The translations under genes and the position numbers were made by a program. Below, one piece after another: positions 34,121-43,707 of a DNA stretch of 43,707 bases (within the stretch, counting starts at the first letter, position 1; every line of letters starts with the position of its first letter). Below the pieces are notes generated by a model. That model worked only from the letters and a program-made list of their open reading frames with translations, was not told where the DNA came from and did not search any database. The stretch comes from Chiloscyllium plagiosum (Eukaryota), in the NCBI RefSeq assembly GCF_004010195.1, contig NC_057720.1, forward strand, positions 1,469,543 through 1,513,249, written 5' to 3'.

Positions 34121-36818
34121 AAAATGAATGTAAAAGGTACATTGTAAAAATGAGATTAAATGAATGTACAAGTTAATAGCAGCAGATGACTATGTGGCCT
34201 CTGAACTTTCTCCATCATTCAACAGATCGTGAATGATCTATTTATAACTTGAATTTGACATTTCCCACAATCTTTGACAAATGTTGATTTATCAGTGCAA
34301 CACGAATCTACTTTCACCTTAAAAATCTTCAATGGAATCACCTGCACTTTCTGAGGCACAGAGTTCCAAATTCATGTAATTTTCTGTCAGAACAAAGTGA
34401 TGACTGAACAAAGTGATCTCGAATTTTAAACTCTATCCCTAGTTCGGGATTAACCGCAAGATGAAACCTTTTTTCCATATCCACCTTGTCAAGACCATTC
34501 AGAATCTTAAACATTTCAAACAAATCCCCCTCATCCTCTAAACTCCAATGGAATCAAGCCTAGTTTATCCAACCATCCCTCCTTAAATAAGGAGACCAAA
34601 ACTGTGCGTAGTTTTCAAGATATGGTCATCCAAATGCCATGTAGAACTTGAAAATAACTTGCTACTTTTATTAGTCAATGCCTCTTGGATTAACACTAGC
34701 ATCCCTTTGGCCTTCTTGACAATGCTGATAAGTTAAATATTTGCAACTCATGCAGCAGAACAGCTGGATCCCTGTATACCCCAGAATTCTGCAATCATTC
34801 TCCATTAAAGGAACTCTGCTTTCTCATTCTTTCTGCCAAATTTAACAAGTTCACATCTTCCAACTCCATACTCCCTTTGGCAGGTTTTTGTTCACTCACT
34901 ATATCTATTTATATTGCTCTGAATCCTTGTAATGCCATCTTCACAACATGCATTCCTACCTATCTTTGTCTTATTTGCAAATTTAGGAAGTTAGCCACAG
35001 GAGGAGGCTATTCAGCCCTTTGAGCCTGTTCTGTCAGTCAACAAGACCATGGCTAATCTGTAGCCTAACTCTATATACATGTCTTTGACCCATATCTGTT
35101 AATACCTCTGCTTATCAAAATATTTATCTATCTCAGATTTAAAACTAACAACTGAACCAGTATCCACTGTCATTTGTGGAAGAGAGTTCCAAATCTCTCC
35201 CACCCTTTATGCATCAAAGTGCTTCCTAACACCTCTCCTGAATTGTCTGGCCCTAATTCGCAGAGTATTCCCCCTAGTTCCCGATCTGCTTGCAGTACTC
35301 CAAGTTGAGAATAACTAGAGGTTTTGTATAACTACAGCATAACTTCTGGATCCTTGTACTCCAACCCTCTAGCCATTCCTCTCGATAAAAAAGCCACCAT
35401 TCCATTAGTTTTCTTGATTATTTTCTGCATCTGTTTGTGACATTTTAAAGATCTATGCACCTGAACCCCCAAGTCTCTTTGAACATCCACTGTATTTAAT
35501 TTCATATCTTCTCGAAAGTTCCCTGACCTCTCCTTTATCAGTCCAAAATGGATAACCACACACTTACGTTGAACTCCATCTGCCACAGTTTTGCCCATTG
35601 ACTTCATCTATCAATATCTCTTTGTAATTTTATGCTATAATCTACTCTGCCTATAATGCTGCCTATCTTTGTGTCCTCAGTAAATCTGGATATATGACTT
35701 TCTCTGCTATTCTCCAAGACACGAATAAATAATATGAATCACTGAGGCCCTAACACAGATCCCTGTGGGACACCACCAGTCACATCTCGCCTGTCACTCA
35801 AACAATCTTCCAGCCACATCAGCAATTTGCCCTCAATTGCACCCAGCTTCTACCTTAGTTAACATTCTCTCACTTGGGACCTTACCAGATGTCATTGGGA
35901 AGGTTTTTAAAAATCATTTTTGGGATACAGGTGTTGCTTGTTGATCCAGCATTTATTGCCCATCCCTAATTGCCACTTGAGAAGGTGGGGATGAGCTGCC
36001 TTCTTGAACCACTGCAGTCCATGTGCTGTAGGTAGACCCACGATACCCTTATGGAGGGAATTAGATGAAGTGAATGTGTCAAACTGTGGCAGATGGAATT
36101 TAATGTGAGTCCATATAAACAGCATCCATAGACATTCCCCCTCCTCTATCTCAGTTACCCCACTTCGAAAATTCAATAAGGTTTTTCAGGAATGACCTGC
36201 TCATCGTGAATCCATGCTGACTCATCCTGATTAAGTATAAATTTTCAAGGTGGTTAGTTACCCTATCCTTGGTTAATGACTCCAACCATTACCCCATCAC
36301 AGGTGTTAAGCTAATGAGTCTTCAATTTCCTGTCTTTCTCCTTTCATCCTTCTTAAAAAGCAAAGTGACATAAGCGATTTTCCCATGCAGCAGCAAGACT
36401 CCTGTTTCTGGGAACTGTGAAAGATAAATGTTAGGGTGTCTACACCCTAATCTGGCTCCCTTACTTCCTTTAACACCTTTAGGTGGAAACCATCGGGTCC
36501 TGAGGATTTGTCACTCTTTAGTTCCATTCATTTACTCATTCCTGATGTTTTACTTATGTTAATGTTATTCAGTCCCAGTTTCTAATCCACTATTAATTTT
36601 TTTCAGGATTTTCTGTAAGCCATTCCCATTTTCTGTTGGAAGCATTGAGGCGGAGAAATGATCTACCCCATCAGCCATTTCCCATAGTCATTGACAATAT
36701 CCCCACTTTCACTCTTCAGTGGGTCAGCATTGCTCCTGACCACCCGCTTTCCCTTTATGTAACTGTAACATTTCTTCTTATTGATTTGGATGTCCTTGGT
36801 AAGTTTCCTTTCATAGTC

Positions 36819-37537
36819 GCAAGGTTTGTGAAGGTTTATAGCTCAGGTTGAGATTTAGGGTGTAGGTTTGCTCGCTGAGCTGTAGGTTTGATATCCAGAC
36901 GTTTCATTACCTGGCTAGGTAACATCATCAGTGGCGACCTCCAAGTGAAGCGAAGCTGTTGTCTCCTGCTTTCTATTTATACGTTTGTCCTGGATGGGGT
37001 TCCTGGGGTTTTTGCTGATGTCATTTCCTGTTCGTTTTCTGAGGGGTTGATAGATGGCATCTAGATCTATGTGTTTGTTTATGGCGTTGTGGTTGGAGTG
37101 CCAGGCCTCTAGGAATTCTCTGGCATGTCTTTGCTCAGCCTATCCCAGGATAGATGTGTTGTCCCAGTCGAAATGGTGGGTTTTTTTTGTTTTACACATG
37201 GATGAAAAAAAAACACCATTTCGACTGGGACAACACATCTATCCTGGGACAGGCTAAGCAAAGACATGCCAGAGAATTCCTAGAGGCCTGGCACTCCAAC
37301 CACAACGCCATAAACAAACACATAGATCTAGATACCATTTATCAACCCCTCAGGAAACAAATAGGAAATGACATCACCACAAGCCCCAGGAACCCCATCC
37401 AGGAGAAAGATATAAATAGAAAGCAGGAGACAATAGCTTTGCTTCACTTGGAGGTCGCCACTGATGATGTTACCTAGCCAGGTAATAAAACGTCTGGATA
37501 TCAAACCTACAGCTCAGCGAGCAAACCTACACCCTAA
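36819..37537. mobile_element. Penelope (Poseidon-type) inverted-repeat insertion
   Basis: Arms ~36855-37175 and ~37213-37537; encodes HHFDWDNTSILGQAKQRHAREFLEAWHS (GIY-YIG C-terminus); 13-bp flanking repeat TCCTTTCA(TA/TT)GTC (36806-36818, 37538-37550). Confidence 0.9.
36895..36934 (-). ncRNA. Minimal hammerhead ribozyme motif
   Basis: CCA-CUGAUGA-U-GUUACC-UAGCCA-GGUAAU-GAAAC-GUC-UGG: stem I CCA/UGG, stem II and an intact core. Confidence 0.75.
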
Positions 37538-38064
37538 TCCTTTCATTGTCCCTTTTAGTTGCTCCGAAAAGCTGTTTTTGTATTTTTGTAAGGTCTTTTT
37601 TAAAATGCTATTTTATACTGTTCCTCACCTCCAATGGCTGTTTTTGGGCAAGTGGAGCTTTTCCCTCTCAGGGTATAAGCCTCACCTATTTCATCGATGT
37701 CATTGATATCAATTGTGAAAAGTTGATGAGTCAGCACAGACTCCTGTGTACACCCCAATTAGTACATGCAGTTAAACCATAACAAACCCATTGATACACT
37801 CTCCCAGTATTGGACCAGCCAGCTAGTCCTTTATCATTGCTGGTATTTTACCACCGACTTCAGCAGTTCCTAATGTTTGTGAATAATCGTTTACGTGGAG
37901 CCTTATAAATTCTATCTGTAAATCTAAGTACAGGAATTCCCCCTATCCAGTGTAAGCTATTTCTTCAAAGGGTTCCAACCAAACAATTAAACAGGATTTC
38001 CTTCTCACAAAGCCATTATGACTCTTCCAGAATCTATTGATTTTTTTAAGCACTTAGATATTTT

Positions 38065-41000
38065 GGCTAGTACCAAACTTGGGAGAGCTGTCTCACAGAC
38101 CAGTCAAACACCAGCCTGACATAGTCATACCCACAGACTCAGACTTTACAATGTCCCAGGCACCACCATCACCATCCCTGGATATGTCCTGCCCCACTGG
38201 CAGGACAGACCCAGTATAGCAAGCAGCACAGTGGGATACAGTTGGCAAGGAGTTGTTCTGGGAGGCCTCATCATTGACTCCCCATGAAGTCTCATGGTTT
38301 CAGGTTAAACATGGGCAAGGAAATCTCCTGCTGATTAGCACATACCGTCCTTTCTCAGCTGATGAATCAGTGCTCCTCCATGCTGATAGAACATAGAACA
38401 TAGAACAGTACAGCACAGAACAGGCCCTTCAGCCCACGATGTTGTGCCGACCACTGATCCTCATGTATGCACCCTCAAATTTCTGTGACCATATGTATGT
38501 CGAGGAGTCTCTTAAATGTTCCCAATGACCCTGCCTCCACAACTGCTGCTGGCAACGCATTCCATGCTCTCACAACTCTCTGTGTAAAGAAATGTCTCCT
38601 CTCATTCTTCTAAACACCGAAAAGTATAGGCCAAACCTACACAACCTCCTTTTTAAATATTGCTTGCTAGTTTACCCATAACATATATTTTCTCCTTTTT
38701 TAAAAAATAATTTTTTTGTTCATTTTCAACATTTTCCCAATCCTTTGGCTTTCCACTAATCATCATGACATTGCATCTTTACCTTGCAATTTGATGCTAT
38801 CTTTAAATTCCTTGGTTAATGATGATTCTTTGATCCCCTTCCTGGAATCCAACTTCCACATTGGGATATATCTTTATTACGAGTCAATAACTATAAATAT
38901 CAGCCATTGCTCATTGATTGTCTTTCCTGCTAAACCTCTTTCTCAGTCCACTCCAGCCAGCTCTGCCTCATTCTTTTGAAACTGTCTTTCTTTAAGTTTA
39001 GGGTACTTATTTCTGACCCAACATATAAGGTTCTCAGGGAGCTTGACAGGGTAGGTGCAGAGAAGTGTTTTCCCTTGTGGGACAGTCTAGGGCCAGAGGG
39101 CATGATCTCAAACTAAGAGGTCACTCATTTAAGATGGAGATGAGGAGGAATCTCTTCTCAGAGGGTAGCAATTCTGTGGAATTCTGTACTACAGAGGGCT
39201 GTAGAGACTGAGTCGTTAAGTATGTTCAAAGCTGATATAGATGGATTTTTAATCAGAGAATCAAGAGTATGGGGAAAAGGCAGGGAAGTGGAGTGGAGGA
39301 TTATTAGTTAAACCATGATCTCATCAAATTGCTGAGTAGACATGATGGGTTGAATGGCCTGTTTTTGCTCTCGATAAGGTTTGTGAGGCATGACCTGCCC
39401 CTCACAAAGCCGTGTTGACTGCATTTAATCAAGCCATGCTCTTCCAGATGGTCATAAATCCTATCCCGCAGAATCCTTTCTAACACCTTGCAGATGACAG
39501 ACGTGAGACTTACTGGTCTGTAATTGCCGGGGATTTCTCTATTTCCTTTCTTGAAGAGAGGAATTACATTTGCCTCCCTCCAGTCCTCAGGTACGACTCC
39601 AGTGGAGAGCGAGGATGAAAAGACCTTCGCAATTGGCGAAGCAATTGCATTTCTCGTTTCCCAAAGCAGTCGAGGACAAATCTGGTCCGGGCCTGGCGAC
39701 TTGTCAGTCTTAATGTTTGACAAAATTTTCAGCACATCAGCTTCCTCTATCTATCCATTTCAGCATGCACACCTGCTCTTCAAAGGTTTCATTCGCTACA
39801 AAGTTTGATTCTTTCGTAAAGACAGAAGCAAAAAACTCATTTAGGGCTTCCCCTACCTCCTCAGACTCCACACACAAGTTCCCTATGCTACTCCTGATCG
39901 GCCCTACTCTTTCTTTAACCATTCTCTTATTCCTCACATAAGTGCAAAATGCCTTTGTGTTCTCCCTAATCCGTTCTGCCAAGCCTTTCTCGAGTCCCCT
40001 CCTGGCTCTCCTCAGACCATTTTTGAGCTCCTTCCTCGCCTGCCTATAATATTGTAGAGCTGAGCTTGACCCTAGCTTCCTCCACCTTACGTAAGCTACC
40101 TTTTTCCTTTTGATGAGAAGCTCCACCCCTCTCGTCATCCAAGGTTCCTTTATCTTACCCCATCTTGCCTGTCTCAGAGGGACATATTTATTCATCACTT
40201 GCAACAACTGTTCCTTAAACAGTCTCCACATTTCTATAGTGCCTTTACCGTGGAACAATTGCTCCCAATCCATGCTTCCTAACTCATGTCTAACCGCATC
40301 ATAGTTTCCTCTTCCCCAATTAAATATTCTCCCATTTTGCCTAATCCTCTCCTTCTCCATAGCTATGTAGAATGTGAGGCAGTTGTGGTCACTATCACCA
40401 AAATGCTCTCCCACGAGGCAGTTGTGGTCACTATCACCAAAATGATCAACACTTAGAGGAAGCACTGAGGGTGGCAAATTAACAAAATGTACTCTGGGTG
40501 GGGGATTTCAATATCCACCACCAAGTCTGGCTCAGGCTGGTCGGATCCTAAAAGGCATAGCTGCTAGACTGGGTCAGCGGCAGGTGGTGAGGAAATCAAG
40601 AAGAGGGAAAAACATAACTGATTTCGTCCTCACCAATCTGCCAGCTGTAGATGCATCTGTCCATGACAGTATCAGTAAGAGTACAGACAAATTTCCACCT
40701 TCACATTGAGAATACCCTCCATTGTGTTGTGTGGCACTATCCCCGTGCTAAAGGGGACAGACTTCATACAGATCTAGCCTGGGCATCCATGAGGCGCTGT
40801 GGGCCATCAACAGCAGCAGAACTATACTCCAGAACAATCTGTAACCTCATGGCCCGCCATATCCCCACTCAACCATTACCATCAAGCCAGGGGATCAACT
40901 CTGGTTCAATGGAGAGTGCAGGAGGGTATGCCAGGAGCAGCACCAGGTATATCTGAAGATGAGATGTCAACCTGGTGAAGCCACCAAATAGGATTACTTC

Positions 41001-41260
41001 CAAACAGCATAAACAGCCAGTGATAGACAGAACTAAGTGATCCCTAAACCAATGGATCAGATCTAAGCTCTGCAGTCCTGTCACATCCAGTTGTGAATGG
41101 TGGTGGACAATTAATTGACTGGAGGAGGAGATTCCACAAATATTTCCATCCTCAATGATGGAAGAGCCCAGCACATCAGTGCAAAACATAAGGCCAAAGC
41201 TTTCACAGCAATCTTGAGCTGGAAGTGGATGATCCATCTCGGTCTCCTCCAGTGGTCCCC
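38065..41260 (+). mobile_element. Older LINE (CR1/L2-group) endonuclease region, split by the insertion at 38388-40442
   Basis: ...CTCCTCCATGCTGAT|CAACACTTAGAGGAAGC is continuous once the insert is removed, as in the homolog at ~42090-42135 (-). Confidence 0.8.
38388..40442 (-). mobile_element. Composite CR1 insertion: 3' tail (38388-38592), foreign fragment (~38593-39368), internal ORF2 (39369-40442)
   Basis: (AGAACAT)n tail; ORFs 39304..39735 and 39737..40477; TGAT at both ends (38384-38387, 40443-40446). Confidence 0.75.
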
Positions 41261-41544
41261 AGCGAGCCAGGAATTGAGTTACTTGTAGGATTGCTAGCAT
41301 TTGACCTGCACTCATAGCCTTTATATTTATATGGCTAGTCCAGTTAAGTTCCCGGTCAATGGTAACCTCCAGGATGTTATGGTGGAGGATTCAGTGACAG
41401 TGAAACCATTGAATTTCAAGGGGTGGTGGTTGGATTGTTTCTTAAAGGCAATGGTCATTGCCTGGCATTTATGTGGCTTGAATGTCATTTCATACTTGAC
41501 AGCTCAAGCCTGGATATTGTCCAGATCATGTTGCATTAATGAAC

Positions 41545-42650
41545 TGGGCTCTTCCATCATCAATGCTGCTCCTGGCATGCCCTCCTGCACTTTCCATTCA
41601 ACCAGAGTTGACCCCCTGGCTTGATGGTAATGGTTGAGTGGGGGATGTGCCGGGCTGTGAGGTTACAGATTGTGCTGAAGTACAGTTCGGCTGCTGTTGA
41701 TGGCCCTCAGTGCCTCATGGATGCCCAGTCTCGAGTTGCTCGATCTGTTGAAGTCTGTCCTGTTTAGCACGGTCATAGTGCCACACAACACAATGGAGGG
41801 TATTCTCAATGTGAAGACCGTGCTTCATCTCCACAAGGACTGTGCAGTGGTCACTCTTACCGATACAGTCATGGACAGATGCATCTACAGTCAGCAGGTT
41901 GGTAAGGATGAGGTCTGGTATGTGTTTCCTTCTTGTTGCTATATTCATCACCTGCCACGGACCCAGTCTAGAAGCTATATCCTTTAGGATCCGACCAGCT
42001 CAATCAGTAGTACTGCTGCTGAACCAATCTTAGCTGTGGCCTTTGAAATCCCTCACCCTGAGTACATTTTGTGTTGTTGCTACCTTCAGTGCTTCATCTA
42101 AATGTTGTCCAACATGGAGGACCACTGATTCATCAGCCAAGTCACTATGGTATGTAGTAATTAGCAGGAAGTTTCCTTGCCCATGTTTAACCTGAAGCCA
42201 TGAGACTTCATGGGGTCTGGAGTCAATGTTGAGGACTCCCAGAGCAATTCCGTCCCAACTGTATCCCATTGTGCTACTCTCTCTGCTGGGTCTGTCCTGC
42301 CAGTGGGACATATTCAGGGATGGTGATGGTGGTGTGTGGGACATTGTCTGTAAGATATGATTCCGTGAGTATGACTATGTCAGGCTGATTCTTGACTAGT
42401 TTGTGAGACAGCTCTCCCAATGTTGGCACTAACCCCAGATGTTAGTGAGGGGGACACTGCCGGGTTGACAGGGCTGTTTCTGCCATTGTCATTTCCAGTT
42501 CCTGGGTTGATGTCAGGTGGTTCATCCAGTTTTATTCCTTTATTTTTGACTTGTTGGCAATTGACACAACTGAATGACTTGCCCAAGCATTTAGGAGAAA
42601 AGCCAAGAGACAGCCCCATTGCTGTTGTTCTGGAGTCTCATGTAGGCTAA
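41545..42650 (-). mobile_element. LINE (CR1/L2-group) endonuclease and 5' region
   Basis: ORFs 42030..42344 and 41715..41951 (DLILTN, SDH); homologous to 38065-41260. Confidence 0.75.
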
Positions 42651-42880
42651 ACAAGGTAAAACCAGTAGATTTCCTTCTCTTAAGGGCAATAGTGAACCAG
42701 ACAATAATTTGAAGGTCAGCATTAGAACTTTAATTCAGATTTTTTTTTAAACTGAATCCGCCATCATGGGATTTGAACCCATTTGGCCAGATCATTTCCC
42801 AACATTTTGGATTACTTGTCGAGCAGCAACCTCAGTAGGCCATCACCTCCCTCTAATCAAAGAGTTCTCATTGCCTGTTT

Positions 42881-43222
42881 TAGAACATAGAACATAGAAC
42901 AATACAGCGCAGAACAGGCCCTTCGACCCTCGATGTTGCGCCAACCTGTGAACTATTCTCAGCTCGTCCCCTACACTATCCCAAAATCATCCATGTGCTT
43001 ATCTAAGGATTGTTTAAATCTCCCTAATGTGGCTGAGTTGACTACATTAGCAGGTAGGGCTTTCCTTGCCCTTACCACTCTCTGAGTAAAGAACCTGCTT
43101 CTGACATCTGTCTTAAATCAATCACCCCTTAATTTGTAGTTATGCCCCCTCATACACACTGACGTCATCATCCTAGGAAAAAGACTTTCAATGTCTACCC
43201 ATCTAATCCTCTGATCATCTTG
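42881..43222 (-). mobile_element. CR1 3' end
   Basis: (AGAACAT)n tail; encodes RGHNYKLRGD. Confidence 0.85.
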
Positions 43223-43707
43223 TTGTGGTTCTGTTGGCCGAGCTGGGAATTTGTATTGCAGACGTTTCGTCCCCTGTCTAGGTGACATCCTCAGTGCTTG
43301 GGAGCCTCCTGTGAAGCGCTTCTGTGATCTTTCCTCCGGCATTTGTAGTGGTTTGAATCTGCCGCTTCCGGTTGTCAGTTCCAGCTGTCCGCTGCAGTAT
43401 ATTGGGTCCAGGTCGATGTGCTTATTGATTGAATCTGTGGATGAGTGCCATGCCTCTAGGAATTCCCTGGCTGTTCTCTGTTTGGCTTGTCCTATAATAG
43501 GAGTGTTGTCCCAGTCAAACTCATGTTGCTTGTCATCTGCGTGTGTGGCTACTGAGGATAGCTGGTCATGTCGTTTCGTGGCTAGTTGGTGTTCATGGAT
43601 GCGGATCCAGCTATCCTTAGTAGCCACACACACAGATGACAAGCAACATGAATTCGACTGGGACAACACTACTATTATAGGACAAGCCAAACAGAACAGC
43701 CAGGGAA
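43223..43707 (-). mobile_element. Penelope (Poseidon-type) inverted fragment, runs off the window
   Basis: RIHEHQLATKRHD...HEFDWDNTPIIGQAKQRTAREFLEAWHS; the opposite arm starts at ~43620. Confidence 0.9.
43258..43297 (-). ncRNA. Minimal hammerhead ribozyme motif
   Basis: GCA-CUGAGGA-U-GUCACC-UAGACA-GGGGAC-GAAAC-GUC-UGC. Confidence 0.75.

Noticed and set aside
38065..42650. Large inverted pair of same-family LINE endonuclease regions as a single palindromic element
   Set aside because: The copies differ at many positions and by indels, consistent with independent old insertions.

Overview
Vertebrate genomic DNA, very likely from a cartilaginous fish (shark). This is inferred from the repeat landscape: HE1/V-SINE-like and DeuSINE-like SINEs, abundant CR1-clade LINEs with (TTCTATG)n tails, and Penelope-like elements (PLEs). 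Most of the window is nested, decayed retrotransposon sequence. Host-gene signal is limited to two items. First, two probable last exons of an unidentified gene (1654-1719 and 3239-3434, +). Second, three intact intron-separated exons of ATP-citrate lyase (ACLY; 10787-10900, 11657-11739, 12706-12782, +). The main discovery is that the ACLY exons do not appear to be the native locus. They lie in a ~2.47-kb genomic fragment (10340-12813) sandwiched between the 3' end (9187-10339) and the 5'UTR/ORF1 (12814-13417) of a minus-strand CR1 LINE. This whole 4.2-kb block interrupts one older CR1 copy whose halves (ending ~9186, resuming ~13418) join up. It therefore looks like a LINE carrying an intron-containing host-gene cargo in antisense orientation ('Pack-LINE'-like). 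A second insertion with the same sandwich architecture and non-genic cargo lies at 38388-40442. The window also holds several PLE-derived, mostly hairpin-shaped inserts with minimal hammerhead-ribozyme cores, several of them with 10-16 bp target-site duplications. All alignments were made by eye; no searches were run.
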